The notes under the pieces were generated by a model. It saw only the letters and a program-made list of their open reading frames with translations. It was not told where the DNA came from and did no database searches. From a candidate division WWE3 bacterium RIFOXYB1_FULL_43_24 (GTDB taxonomy: Bacteria > Patescibacteriota > WWE3 > UBA101185 > UBA10185), in contig MEVX01000003.1 in NCBI GenBank assembly GCA_001773135.1, positions 172 to 64,171 on the forward strand: DNA of 64,000 nucleotides. The letters run 5' to 3'. Both the position numbers and the translations under genes were made by a program. Numbering within the stretch: position 1 is the stretch's first letter; the number at the start of each line of letters is the position of its first letter. Below are positions 9,268-19,880 of the stretch, one piece after another.

Positions 9268-10431
9268 CTATGGGTTGATGCCGAGAATAAGGGATAATTC
9301 GGTATCCGCAATCTTGTTCCAACTATACTTTTTGACAAATTCCCGGGCTTTTTGGGCCATTTTTGCCCTTTCCGGCTCGTTTTCAAGAAGATACATTACT
9401 TTATCCAGTAAGTCCTTTTTATCGCCTGTTTTAGCGTAAATCACGTTGTCCTCCCAAACTGCCCTAAGCTCTTTTAAGTCATAGCAAACGACAGGAATTC
9501 CTGCAGCCATGGCCTCGCCGATGACTATTGCCCAGTTTTCCTCATAGGAAGGGAGTACAAATACCTTAGACTGCCACATCTTTTTGAATTTTTCCGCCGG
9601 ATCGTAAATTACACCGGCAAACTCGATGTTTTTATCCAAGCCCTTGTCAGTAGACATTTTTCTGGCCTCTTCTCCGTCGATACCCTCGCCGATAACTAAT
9701 AATTTAGCGTCGGGTTTTACTTTCATAAGTTCCGCCCAAATTTCCACCAAATCTAAGATCCCTTTTGTACGTTGAAGGCGTTTCATAAAGACAGCGTCGT
9801 ATTTTTTTTCTTCTCTTTCAGGAAAATACGAATTAATTTCATCAAAATTTACGCCACACAAAACAAAGTGAGCGGGTTTGCGGTTGAAAATAGAAGTTTT
9901 CAAAGCACTCAACGTATCTTCAGAAACAGGCAACAGCACGTCAGCGTTTAAATTGGCAAATAACAATCCCAGCCTTTCACTAATTAAAAACATTAGCGAA
10001 AAAAGAAAATTAGAATTTTTTCTTTTCCAAAATAGTGCGGGAGGAAGCCAATGAGTAACAACCCCGAATCTGATTTTGGAAGGACGAAACAACTTTAGTA
10101 AAAAACCCGGAAAAACATCGTAAATTTGTTCGCTGCCCGAGTACACGATACCTTCCTTGAAGGAAAATAATAGTGCGGGTAGATGAAAAAGCATCTTGAA
10201 AAATACTGCAATTATTTCCAGTCTGCCGATATTGGGAGAATTAGAAATACTGTGCAAAGTAACGGGTAGGCCCATTTTTTCACAAAGCACTTTTCCTGCT
10301 TTGCCGGACATCAGGTGGATTTCGTAGCCTTTTTTACTCCAACACTTCGCCAGTTCAATAAATCTGCTTTCTCCTCCGGTCACACCGGGCTCTGCACCTA
10401 CTATTGAGTTGGCTATAATTAATATTTTCAT
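9268..10431 (-). CDS. GT4 family glycosyltransferase
   Basis: TGGE, RLQRTKG, ENWAIVIGEAMAAGIPVV. Confidence 0.9.
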   Translation of the reverse strand: MKILIIANSIVGAEPGVTGGESRFIELAKCWSKKGYEIHLMSGKAGKVLCEKMGLPVTLHSISNSPNIGRLEIIAVFFKMLFHLPALLFSFKEGIVYSGSEQIYDVFPGFLLKLFRPSKIRFGVVTHWLPPALFWKRKNSNFLFSLMFLISERLGLLFANLNADVLLPVSEDTLSALKTSIFNRKPAHFVLCGVNFDEINSYFPEREEKKYDAVFMKRLQRTKGILDLVEIWAELMKVKPDAKLLVIGEGIDGEEARKMSTDKGLDKNIEFAGVIYDPAEKFKKMWQSKVFVLPSYEENWAIVIGEAMAAGIPVVCYDLKELRAVWEDNVIYAKTGDKKDLLDKVMYLLENEPERAKMAQKAREFVKKYSWNKIADTELSLILGINP

Positions 10432-11105
10432 TTATTAACAACTGCTTTAACAATTAACGAACGGCCTAACGCGGGAAATAACTTCGCAAGAAAAGCCGAA
10501 GAAACGGAGCCGGAAAAATTCACAACCTCCGATGTTCTTTCTACTATGTTAAAACCGTGCGATTTCAAAAAATCCCTTAAAAGATCGTAAGTGAAATATC
10601 GTAAGTGTCCTGCGGCGGAATCCCCGGGGTACGTATAAGACGCCTCAAAAAATGGATTCCTACCCAGTAATAGTAATGTCCTTCTCGCCAAAGAGGCGGT
10701 GTTGGGGGTGGTAAGGACCAAAAAACCTTCTTTTTTTAATACTCTTTTAATTTCCCTGATAAAACCGTCTGTATTCACAAGGTGCTCTATAACCTCACCG
10801 GCAAACACAACATCAAACATGTTGTCGGCGTAAGGTAACATTTCCTCAATGTTTGCTTTTGTAAAATCTATTCCTGCCGCAGAAAATTCGGCTGCGAATG
10901 CGTCGGTTGCGTCGACCGCCCAAACTTCGTTTCCCGATTCTTTTATTTTTTTACTTATTTTTCCGTTATATGCACCGATGTCTAATACTTTTTTATTTTC
11001 TCCAATCATCCTCAACGCTATTTTTATTCTTATGTCCTCGGGTTTAGAAAACTCTGCCCACCTGGCGTCCGAATATTTTTTTTCAGAAAAAGTTTCGGAA
11101 TTCAT
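10428..11105 (-). CDS. Class I SAM-dependent methyltransferase
   Basis: VLDIGAYNG, FDVVFAGEVIEHL, LTTPN. Confidence 0.9.
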   Translation of the reverse strand: MNSETFSEKKYSDARWAEFSKPEDIRIKIALRMIGENKKVLDIGAYNGKISKKIKESGNEVWAVDATDAFAAEFSAAGIDFTKANIEEMLPYADNMFDVVFAGEVIEHLVNTDGFIREIKRVLKKEGFLVLTTPNTASLARRTLLLLGRNPFFEASYTYPGDSAAGHLRYFTYDLLRDFLKSHGFNIVERTSEVVNFSGSVSSAFLAKLFPALGRSLIVKAVVNK

Positions 11106-11971
11106 TTTTTCACTCCTTTTAGTGCCACGGCCATGGTCGATTTAGTCAACGGAAACTTCCTATTGTTCATGCTGTCCACCGCTTTTAAAAAACTAAATCC
11201 TGTGTTTAGTATAGAGGAAGAAAGTGTTCGGCGTTTTGCTGCGTCCTCTTCCCACTCAAACTTTTCCATCGATTTTATAACATCTTCCGAAACGGGTAGT
11301 TTTGTGTAAAGCGTTTTGCCCAGCCATAGAATTAAATGGTTAAAAGGGACACCGAAGTGAGTTAAAACCTTCAAGTCTTCCACCCAGAAACCCGCATTTT
11401 CAGCCAAACTCTTTAAGTTTTCAGGAAGATACAAACGTTTGTGATCCTTAGCCCAGATTCCTCCCCAAAAGCCACTCATGGGACTGAAGTGACCCAAACC
11501 GAGGCTTTCGCGGATTTTATTCAGGGGATCCCACAATAAAGGATAGTTCTTATTCGGCACCGTTATAGCTACAATACCGCCCGGTTTTAGAACGCGGTAA
11601 AGCTCTTTTATCGCGGTTTTATCGTCATCTATGTGTTCCAGAACTTCGGTGCACACGATTTTGTCGAAAAAATTATCCGGAAAACGCAGGTTAGTTATGT
11701 CGCCCTGCTCTATCGTCACGTTATTTCTCCCGTCCAGCCACTTGTGGGCCAAAATAAGGATTTCCGGATCGAAATCTACAGCTGTAATTTTGCAGTCATA
11801 AAGATTATCAAAAACCATTGAATAAAATCCTTCCCCGCACCCCATATCCAAAATGTGCTCACCCGGTTGAATATCCAGATATTCGAGCATGGTTATTACA
11901 CGGCGTCTGAAGTTTAGATCGCCGGTCTTGGAAAGAATCTTTTGAAGTTTTTGATTCGTCTCTTTATTCAT
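11102..11971 (-). CDS. Class I SAM-dependent methyltransferase
   Basis: ILDMGCGEG, FDKIVCTEVLEHI, RVLKPGG. Confidence 0.9.
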   Translation of the reverse strand: MNKETNQKLQKILSKTGDLNFRRRVITMLEYLDIQPGEHILDMGCGEGFYSMVFDNLYDCKITAVDFDPEILILAHKWLDGRNNVTIEQGDITNLRFPDNFFDKIVCTEVLEHIDDDKTAIKELYRVLKPGGIVAITVPNKNYPLLWDPLNKIRESLGLGHFSPMSGFWGGIWAKDHKRLYLPENLKSLAENAGFWVEDLKVLTHFGVPFNHLILWLGKTLYTKLPVSEDVIKSMEKFEWEEDAAKRRTLSSSILNTGFSFLKAVDSMNNRKFPLTKSTMAVALKGVKK

Positions 11972-13154
11972 TAATTTCGTACGCGTCGGTAATAATGCTT
12001 GCGTTTGAAAAACCCAAATATTTCAGAGCGTACTGCCGGCACTTGTTAATGCTTTCAAGGGTTTTTGGGTGCGCTGTAAGATTCTGCAATGTTTTTGTAA
12101 GAATTTCGGAATCAATTTCTGCGGGCATATAATGAGCTACATCCTTTGATAAAAAGGTGGGAGGAGATCCCCTTTCAGGAATAACAGGAACTGTGCCTGA
12201 CGAAACAGCTTCGCAAAGAGTTATTGAGTAGCCCTCATCATACAAATAGGGAGAGACAAAATAATCGGCAAGGGAATAAAGTTCGAGCAAAGTGTCGCAT
12301 TGTTTTGGGTCATTCTGGTTCAATAGCCCCATGTATTTTATATTTTCACTTTTAGAAACCAGTAAGTCCACCTCACGCTGAAGCTGGCCCGCCCCGACTA
12401 AATAGAAATTCGCTTCTTTTATTTTTTCCGCAGCTTTTAGATATAACAGAACACCTTTTTTCTCGATAAATCTGGAGACCATCAAAAAGTTTATTTTCTT
12501 GTCGGACTTTATAGAAAGTTTTTGTCTGTCGCGGGGTTTGAAAACATCCGTATCAACCCAGTTTCTGAAAGCTTCGATTCTTCTCGCGGGTAGACCTATT
12601 TTTATTAATTCCTGTTTGGAAACTTCCGAAACAGCGAGAATTTTATCGTAGAAAGATAGTATGCCCCAAACTAGAATTTTTAATAAACGTTTCCTGTTCT
12701 CAAACGAATATATTGCGTGTGTGCTCACTACCATTCTTTTGTTCACCAGAAGCTTACAAAATACTCCGATTGTTGCTGCAACCAAACCGTGGGCATGAAT
12801 TACATTTATATGTTTGTGATTCACCAAATAAAAAGCGATGGACTTTATAAAAAGGCCGGGAAAAACGTAAGCGAATACTAAAGGAAATTTTGTTTCGAGT
12901 TGTTCAAACAGACCTACGCCGTACCACTGCGTGCGGTGGATCTCGTAATTCTCCCCACGTTCTCTTCTGGCACCTTTTGTTTTTGATGCGAGGGGTTGGT
13001 AAGTAAGTACTGTCGAGTAGTAACCATTTTTTCCCAAATAATCTATTAAACGGTCCAGATGAGTTTCTACCCCGCCGATGTTTGGTCTAAAAAATGGGCA
13101 GATAATGAGTACGTTTTTCTTTTTTGTTTGCGTTTCTTTTTGCCTGAGTTCCAC
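11964..13154 (-). CDS. GT4 family glycosyltransferase
   Basis: PNIGGVETH, HAHG, SRFIEKKG, EGYSITLCEA. Confidence 0.88.
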   Translation of the reverse strand: MELRQKETQTKKKNVLIICPFFRPNIGGVETHLDRLIDYLGKNGYYSTVLTYQPLASKTKGARRERGENYEIHRTQWYGVGLFEQLETKFPLVFAYVFPGLFIKSIAFYLVNHKHINVIHAHGLVAATIGVFCKLLVNKRMVVSTHAIYSFENRKRLLKILVWGILSFYDKILAVSEVSKQELIKIGLPARRIEAFRNWVDTDVFKPRDRQKLSIKSDKKINFLMVSRFIEKKGVLLYLKAAEKIKEANFYLVGAGQLQREVDLLVSKSENIKYMGLLNQNDPKQCDTLLELYSLADYFVSPYLYDEGYSITLCEAVSSGTVPVIPERGSPPTFLSKDVAHYMPAEIDSEILTKTLQNLTAHPKTLESINKCRQYALKYLGFSNASIITDAYEINE

Positions 13155-13172
13155 TGAGGAAATTATACATTA

Positions 13173-13190
13173 GGGGGGAAGGGGGGAGGG
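13173..13190 (+). repeat. Purine/poly-G tract GGGGGGAAGGGGGGAGGG
   Basis: Read directly; intergenic, at the left edge of the AT-rich block. Confidence 0.9.
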
Positions 13191-13197
13191 TTTGTAC

Positions 13198-14781
13198 TTA
13201 ATTTATTTTGTATAAGGTGGCGTCAGAAAAAACCTGAACCTCTTCAAGCATATTTAAAGTACTAATCTGTTCTGAATATTTCTCGGGTTCATAAAATAGG
13301 ATATGTGTAACTCCCAATTCTTTTCCTGTATCTATCATACCGGGCTCAAATATTTTTAACGTCAGCTCCTCGGCAGATATATTTGTAAACCTGTAACCTC
13401 TTACATTCATCAAACACTGCTTATGATCGGGCAGCCAAAAAAGGCTCTCGTTTGATTTCGAGTAGGGATAAACAAGGTACTTTATTGTCATCGGTTGTTG
13501 GGCACCCATATAAAGGTAAGGGTCGGGAACCTTGTCGTATTTTGTTATTTTGAAAGGAACAAAGGTTTCTGCGAGTGTAACGACTAGCAGAATAGGCATG
13601 AAATATTTGAAAAACTTTGGCTTGTTAACATGAATAACATTTATAATCTCTGCCATTATCAAAAGCATGAGAAGTAAAATCATGGGGCTAAACCTCGCGG
13701 TTACACGGAACATGGGGAAAAATGTTGCGATAAGGTGCCCCGGTGTGTATATTTTCCAACCGGCTATCGTAAAAAATGGCGGCATTGTGAATGAGATAAG
13801 AAGAATTGTGGTGAGAAGCAGTACGTTAACTTTTTGTTTGATTTCGGTATCCAATTTCTTATATCCGTATATGAGACACCCTGCAAATGTGATTAAAAAA
13901 AGGTAACCGAAAAAAGCCGCCGAGTGCTCTGCAGGAAAGTAGTCATCTGCCAAGAAATACCCTGTAGATTCAATTTTTGCGGTGATATTTTTAGAAAATT
14001 CACCATAAATTGGATTTTTAGGGGAGGGGGTGAAGAAGTACCACGGACGGAGTGAGAATGTAACGAAGTCCTCGTACGGTCTCGCATAATACCCTATGCT
14101 AGGAACATTTTCCTCAGTCGTAAAAAAAGCTGCACGTATATATGGAAAAATAGACATAACAATAATGGCAATTGCGGATACTAGACACACTAGAAGATTT
14201 CTTAACTTTACAAGACCTAACCTATCCTTAAACTTTAAAAACAAAAAATAACTAACAATTACTGCCAAACAAGTCACGAGCATTACAAAACCCAAATAAT
14301 TAGAAATTAAAGTGCTTAGAATTAAAAGGGCAGTCAGCGCAACGTAATTGCGGAAATACCGCCTGGAATCGAATAAGATAGCTAACAAGGAAAGAATAAA
14401 AAGTACAAATAACCATACCTGCATAAGCTCCTGGTGTATTCCAAACTTTATCCAAAAATAACTGCAAGATGAAAAGATGGCGGCGTATATATACCAATAT
14501 CTATATTTTTTAAATAGTATATAACTCGATAAAAGAGTTAAAAAGATAGTAATAAGGGCACTTAGGGGCAAGAAGATCCAATCTAACAAAAACAACATAT
14601 ACTTAGTTATGAGGAGAAAAACCGGTTGACTGCTCGTCATTGGGTTGCCTACACTATTTATTACCGACACATATTGCTTGCATAAATCGACCAAACGATA
14701 CTGATCAACACCTAAAAGGTGTATTGTGTTTTTCCATATGTACAGAGTTGTTTGATCTTGTAATCCATTTATGACGTACAT
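13198..14781 (-). CDS. Polytopic membrane protein, YfhO/GT-C-like
   Basis: 527 aa, many TM helices, FPMFRVTARF motif and soluble C-terminal domain ending GVTHILF. Confidence 0.55.
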   Translation of the reverse strand: MYVINGLQDQTTLYIWKNTIHLLGVDQYRLVDLCKQYVSVINSVGNPMTSSQPVFLLITKYMLFLLDWIFLPLSALITIFLTLLSSYILFKKYRYWYIYAAIFSSCSYFWIKFGIHQELMQVWLFVLFILSLLAILFDSRRYFRNYVALTALLILSTLISNYLGFVMLVTCLAVIVSYFLFLKFKDRLGLVKLRNLLVCLVSAIAIIVMSIFPYIRAAFFTTEENVPSIGYYARPYEDFVTFSLRPWYFFTPSPKNPIYGEFSKNITAKIESTGYFLADDYFPAEHSAAFFGYLFLITFAGCLIYGYKKLDTEIKQKVNVLLLTTILLISFTMPPFFTIAGWKIYTPGHLIATFFPMFRVTARFSPMILLLMLLIMAEIINVIHVNKPKFFKYFMPILLVVTLAETFVPFKITKYDKVPDPYLYMGAQQPMTIKYLVYPYSKSNESLFWLPDHKQCLMNVRGYRFTNISAEELTLKIFEPGMIDTGKELGVTHILFYEPEKYSEQISTLNMLEEVQVFSDATLYKIN

Positions 14782-14799
14782 AAAGTATTTATAGCCTAA

Positions 14800-15162
14800 T
14801 CAATACTCTTTGCGAACCAACAATATTGCAGTGCCGAAAAAGAAAAGAAACAGAGCCCAGGTGGATAATTTTTCAGCTAATACCTTAAGATCGAGTAATA
14901 AAACCAGCGGTATAAGACACAAACCAACTATAGCGGCGGTATATATAACTTCTACTCTAAACTTAAACCGTAACCACAAAATAAACCAAAACGTAAAATA
15001 CAGCCAAAAAACAAAATTAATAATATAGCCAGAAAACAGCAGATCACCGATAACTATGACAACAAAACACGTTAACAACCAAAAATCTATTTTTGATTTC
15101 CTATATAATTTATAAAGGCTCTTAGGTAAATTACTTACTAATTTAGTTATGCTTTTTTTCAT
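14800..15162 (-). CDS. Small hypothetical membrane protein (about 4 TM)
   Basis: 120-aa hydrophobic ORF overlapping the upstream gene. Confidence 0.6.
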   Translation of the reverse strand: MKKSITKLVSNLPKSLYKLYRKSKIDFWLLTCFVVIVIGDLLFSGYIINFVFWLYFTFWFILWLRFKFRVEVIYTAAIVGLCLIPLVLLLDLKVLAEKLSTWALFLFFFGTAILLVRKEY

Positions 15163-18100
15163 GTTTCCGAATTAGTACCGTTACGATAAACAGTATAGCA
15201 GTTAAAATTAATGTGACAGTAGCGAGTGAGCAAACGTAAAAAATTCTCTGAGGCCAAAATTCTATTATCAACGTAAAATCCTCTCTTCCGACTACCGAGG
15301 GGTCAACAACCCATGCATTTGCAAAACCATTAGCGATGTAGTGAGTTTTTGGAAACATTGCCTGCTTACTCCAAGTATCTATTGTGTTTTCATCAAATAA
15401 TACATCATTTGATGATCTCTCCACGATATCACCGTTGAAATAACTTTTCGAACCGAACTGATGTCGTTCTGACTGATTAAATATATCGAAAAAAGCTTTA
15501 GATATCTTAGTCAAGGTGCTATACAAAACACCTGACTGATTTTTTCTATCCATGCCCTCTGCAGAGTATAACCGCCACCCACTGTGGAAATTCTCTTGAA
15601 ATACCAGATCAAACGTGCTGGTAGCTCCAGAAACATTTACTACATATTTCGTGGGGTTTACCCGCGTATAAGAGATTTTGGGAACAGCTCTATTAATACA
15701 CCCACCTTCCTGGATATAAGCAACGGGCGGTATCGACCTTTTTTTAACACTTAGATTTTTTATCAAAACATCAGATTTGTGTTCTTTTGCCTCAACAGGG
15801 GTTTTAATAAAGACATATCCATTTTCAGACTCCGAACTAGAAGTGAATGTTTTCTGAAAGTGAGAATAACAGGGCTGAGATTGGTCGACACAGTATGCGA
15901 ACCCAAAAATCTCCTCATTAAATATCTTTCGCCTTTGAACAGGAAACTCTCCTTTCCCTATCAAATCCCAATCGATAACACCTGTACCCCTATCAACTAA
16001 CGAGTAGTCTAGTGTATCTTCATATACTCCAACTTCTACGTTAACCATACTAGATAAATAATCAAAAGAGACAGTATACTCGGTACTAGTTTCCCAATCA
16101 TTTACCTGTTGAAATTTCGCTATGTCATTCACATCTAGCTGCGAGGTTTTAATTAGTTCTCTATTATCACTTTGAGTGAAGTCTGCACACTTCAATTCTA
16201 TCGTTGAAGTCGTGTCGTAAATGTCTGTTCTTAACTTACGCCAAGAACCCGATTCTTCCGTGAATAATTCATAGTTACCTTCCTTCGGTATATTGAACAC
16301 ATACTCACAACCCGCCTGCTCAGATACCCCGCCTATCCATTGTTTTATCTCCTCAAAAAGACTTATAGAATCAGATACTTCGGTGTACGGAATCTCACTT
16401 CTAGAACTCAGTAAATTTATAGATACGCCTGCATATGCGTAGAGCTTTTTCACCAGTCCCCAGTATGTATCGGGACTTATTTTTGGATTAAGATTGACTG
16501 AAGCTGAATGCTCATCGAGGCTAGTGCGAAGTGTGTTAAACGCAAATCTAATACCATTATTGAACCTAATAATGTTTTTAACACGATCGTCTCCTGTAAG
16601 ATTGTACTCCAAAATTTCTTGAATCCTTTTAGAGGAGTTCCATATTTCGTAATCTGTACGCACCAGCTTGTCGGGAGCAGAAACTAGTCTTATTTTTTCA
16701 CTGAGTAGCATAATGTCATGTCTAAAAGTTCTGGGCTGTTTCTCTACCTTCGGCCACACCCACCCTTTATTCCAAGTCAGGGATTCGAGATTAATTTCTG
16801 GTTCTTCATCGTTAATTTGACCGTATGATATTACCGGGCAATAGTTATCTTGTGAAGAATAAACCTCAGCTTGGTTAATTTTGTAAACCGTCCTTACATC
16901 GGGAAAATATACATCTCTCATATAAACAACGTCTTCATTTCTTCCAGTGCCATAAACAATGTTTTTTGGTATGTAAAATTTGGGCAGATACTCATCCTCA
17001 TTTACTGTAAAAACACAAAGTGCCGGTTGATTCAGCAATTTAACATAAAGCTCATTTCTAACGCTGCTGTCTGTATCCTTGTTAAGAACCTTTTCCAAGT
17101 ATGTCTGATCAAACTTACCGTATTTATGGGAACATTCCCCTAGGATTCGTTTCGTGTCACTTTCAATATTTTCAGGATTGCTATATCTAAACTCAAAATC
17201 CGATTGATAAAGAATATGCAGCACGTTGAAAAAACCAATGTTATCAACCTTATTCCGATACAATGCGTTGACAACTGCGTCGCCTTCGGTAGATAAAGTG
17301 TCTGTTTTCCTCAAAACCTGCAGGTTAGTTGCTATTTCTGGGTAAGGCCAAACCATATTTGCACCTTGCAACCAGTTGTAACTGTTCCCATAACCTCTAG
17401 ACGGAAGCAGCAAATAGTGCTCTTTTGTGGAGGCCTCGCTGATAAATTCTTCCCAATATTCCGGAACCTTTACTACGCTACCCCACTGACCTGCATTCCA
17501 CCTATCATAGTTTAATAAAGCTTTTACATCTAAAACTGGGGCAACATATACAAAGACTAAAAGGGCCGTAATCAAAAATACAAGAGTTTTTCTTTTCCTA
17601 AACCTAAGAAGCAGATATTGTACGGACAGCGCGAAAATGAGCGTAAACCCTAAAGAGTACAGTGCCATAAACTTAGTAAAAGGCTCTCTATAAGGCTTGA
17701 GGAAAACGGTATTGTTATAAAACAAATCATAAAGAAAACCAAAGGGGGCCTTTGTACCCAACACAAGAAACATACCTATTAGCGGAATCAAATACACCAG
17801 TACTGAGAGGTTTGCTCTTATGAGACGTAACTTTTTAATTGATTTAAAAAGGGGGTACGCTAAAAAACCCATAAATACAACTGAGTAGGAAGCTATTATT
17901 ACTAGGGGGAGCTGATAATACGAACTTGCAAGGTAATAAGGCTGCCCATTATGCCCGGAGTACCAAGACCACGAGCCCAGCATTCTAAAAAAATCGAAAT
18001 AATATCCGGACCCAAGTGAACTAAACATCTGCAGCCCGTTGTTGGTAGCTCTAAACGATACAAATAAGGAATCTACTACAAGGTATATCCAATATGAATT

Positions 18101-18766
18101 TATTAAAAAAATTAGCACCATTAAAACTAAGTAATAGATGATAAATTTTATCTCCAATCTAGATACTGTTAACAGATGGGTTATATAAACAAACGGGAAC
18201 ACGAGATAACATAGGGTATATAACGCAATATTTGAAGAGACCGGAGTTAGGAGATTAAATACTAAGAATAGTAGTAGATAGTAAAAATGTATCTTACGAT
18301 AAATAATACCGACAGATAAATGGAATATTATTGGAAGAGCCGCATAAAACATTACGTATGGAACAGATATTGGGTAAAGAACCCTAAATGGATTTAGTGC
18401 GTACAAAGCTGCAGACAAATATATACCGGTGCGACTAATATTAAGCAACGACCCCAGTAAGAGCCTCATACTAATATATGGGGCAAAGTAGAAAAATACC
18501 ATAAAAATCTGGGATATATAAATATCTAATGGGGTGTTTTTTAACAAAGCAATAAGCAGATTCACAATATTTGTGTTCAATCTCCCGAAGTTGGCACTAC
18601 TATCCCACAAGTAAGGGGTTAGGTCCCTTGCTAAAAACGTGTAATTTTCTCCACCACCTAGGGAGATATCTTTTTCCCAAAAAACAAAAAAGTATACACT
18701 TAGACCTAGCAAAATTAATATATCAAACACAAAACCAGCTTTTATTAAATCTTTTAGTCTATGCAT
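15143..18766 (-). CDS. Large membrane glycosyltransferase-like protein (AftD/DUF3367-like GT-C region plus long extracellular region and C-terminal TM anchor)
   Basis: 1207 aa, LYALNP, YREPFTKF, VPEYW, C-terminal FQENFHSGW / ANGFANAW / FWPQ then TM helix. Confidence 0.55.
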   Translation of the reverse strand: MHRLKDLIKAGFVFDILILLGLSVYFFVFWEKDISLGGGENYTFLARDLTPYLWDSSANFGRLNTNIVNLLIALLKNTPLDIYISQIFMVFFYFAPYISMRLLLGSLLNISRTGIYLSAALYALNPFRVLYPISVPYVMFYAALPIIFHLSVGIIYRKIHFYYLLLFLVFNLLTPVSSNIALYTLCYLVFPFVYITHLLTVSRLEIKFIIYYLVLMVLIFLINSYWIYLVVDSLFVSFRATNNGLQMFSSLGSGYYFDFFRMLGSWSWYSGHNGQPYYLASSYYQLPLVIIASYSVVFMGFLAYPLFKSIKKLRLIRANLSVLVYLIPLIGMFLVLGTKAPFGFLYDLFYNNTVFLKPYREPFTKFMALYSLGFTLIFALSVQYLLLRFRKRKTLVFLITALLVFVYVAPVLDVKALLNYDRWNAGQWGSVVKVPEYWEEFISEASTKEHYLLLPSRGYGNSYNWLQGANMVWPYPEIATNLQVLRKTDTLSTEGDAVVNALYRNKVDNIGFFNVLHILYQSDFEFRYSNPENIESDTKRILGECSHKYGKFDQTYLEKVLNKDTDSSVRNELYVKLLNQPALCVFTVNEDEYLPKFYIPKNIVYGTGRNEDVVYMRDVYFPDVRTVYKINQAEVYSSQDNYCPVISYGQINDEEPEINLESLTWNKGWVWPKVEKQPRTFRHDIMLLSEKIRLVSAPDKLVRTDYEIWNSSKRIQEILEYNLTGDDRVKNIIRFNNGIRFAFNTLRTSLDEHSASVNLNPKISPDTYWGLVKKLYAYAGVSINLLSSRSEIPYTEVSDSISLFEEIKQWIGGVSEQAGCEYVFNIPKEGNYELFTEESGSWRKLRTDIYDTTSTIELKCADFTQSDNRELIKTSQLDVNDIAKFQQVNDWETSTEYTVSFDYLSSMVNVEVGVYEDTLDYSLVDRGTGVIDWDLIGKGEFPVQRRKIFNEEIFGFAYCVDQSQPCYSHFQKTFTSSSESENGYVFIKTPVEAKEHKSDVLIKNLSVKKRSIPPVAYIQEGGCINRAVPKISYTRVNPTKYVVNVSGATSTFDLVFQENFHSGWRLYSAEGMDRKNQSGVLYSTLTKISKAFFDIFNQSERHQFGSKSYFNGDIVERSSNDVLFDENTIDTWSKQAMFPKTHYIANGFANAWVVDPSVVGREDFTLIIEFWPQRIFYVCSLATVTLILTAILFIVTVLIRKHEKKHN

Positions 18767-19880
18767 TGCGGATACTTGTCTCGAATATCTTCATATTCCT
18801 CTCAAAATTTATTACGGAGTTGTAATTCTTCTCTACACTCAGTCTTGCATTATTCTTTATACTTTCTTTCTGCGTTTTTGAAAGGGCAAGAACATAATGT
18901 ATTTTATCAGCGATCTCTTCTGAATCCTCACTTATAAAAAAACCGTTCTGACCATCTTTAATTATCGTGGATATCTCACCATACTTGGTAACAAGTACAA
19001 GTTGCCCAACCATCATGGCCTCTAACAAAGACCGCGACACTGTCGGTGCGTAAGAAAAAGGCAATATTGTTATATCCGACGATCTAATAGCATCGTTCAC
19101 GGCATCGAAGGGTAGAAACTTTTCAATAATCACGTTAGCTTCGGCGTCGAGTTCTTTTATGTGATCTATTACTTCCTGCTCTTGATTTTCTCCTCTAAAA
19201 TATAAGGTCAGCTTGTAACTAGACCCATATTTTTTTTTGTAAGTCTCTAATGCATCGAGTAGTGTGATTGCGGCGGTTCCGTTGGGCTTGTATAGTGGTT
19301 TGACAAAATGAATCTTAAGCTCGGCCATCCCGGGGCCATCCCAACTAGCTGTTCTACTCACAGATCGATCAATTATTTTTATACCGGGGGGAACAACAAC
19401 TGCATTGTTCCAATTCTTAAAATATTTATCTTTATAATACTGCGACCATAATATAATCTTATAGGGTTTACAAAGTTTGAGTATATATCTGTAAGAAAAT
19501 ACCGACAGGTGTGACAAAAACCCACCACTAGAGTCACCTACCATCTCAACTGTAACTACAAATTTTTTGTGGTAAATCAGCTTCGCGATAAATCCAAATA
19601 ATACTCCCCTGGTTCCTATCGAATGATAAACATCAGAGGTTCGTATTTCAACATGCGAAAGATATTTAAATACTCTAAAAATGAAGGACAACTCACTTTT
19701 ATCACGACTTACCCAAAGATACGTTAGGTTCTTCACTACCGGGAGTTCGGCACCATTGGGGTACTTTTCTGAGATTAGCACGCTGGAAACATCGTTTTCA
19801 CCAAGATACCTAAGGTACTCTGTAAGGTAACAACCTCTACTATACAGGGGGTAACGGAAATATATATGAGTTATTTTCAT
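18759..19880 (-). CDS. GT4 family glycosyltransferase (divergent)
   Basis: VVPPGI, SRSLLEAMMVG, IIKDGQNG. Confidence 0.75.
   Translation of the reverse strand: MKITHIYFRYPLYSRGCYLTEYLRYLGENDVSSVLISEKYPNGAELPVVKNLTYLWVSRDKSELSFIFRVFKYLSHVEIRTSDVYHSIGTRGVLFGFIAKLIYHKKFVVTVEMVGDSSGGFLSHLSVFSYRYILKLCKPYKIILWSQYYKDKYFKNWNNAVVVPPGIKIIDRSVSRTASWDGPGMAELKIHFVKPLYKPNGTAAITLLDALETYKKKYGSSYKLTLYFRGENQEQEVIDHIKELDAEANVIIEKFLPFDAVNDAIRSSDITILPFSYAPTVSRSLLEAMMVGQLVLVTKYGEISTIIKDGQNGFFISEDSEEIADKIHYVLALSKTQKESIKNNARLSVEKNYNSVINFERNMKIFETSIRNA

Noticed and set aside
8975-9278. Alternative ORFs 8982-9278 (+) and 8975-9172 (-)
   Set aside because: Promoter, SD and terminator all fit the 9024-9206 minus ORF; the others lack initiation signals
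13173-13190. Poly-G tracts as a slipped-strand phase-variation switch for the 13154 promoter
   Set aside because: Runs are only 6 nt, shorter than typical contingency tracts; kept only as a junction signal
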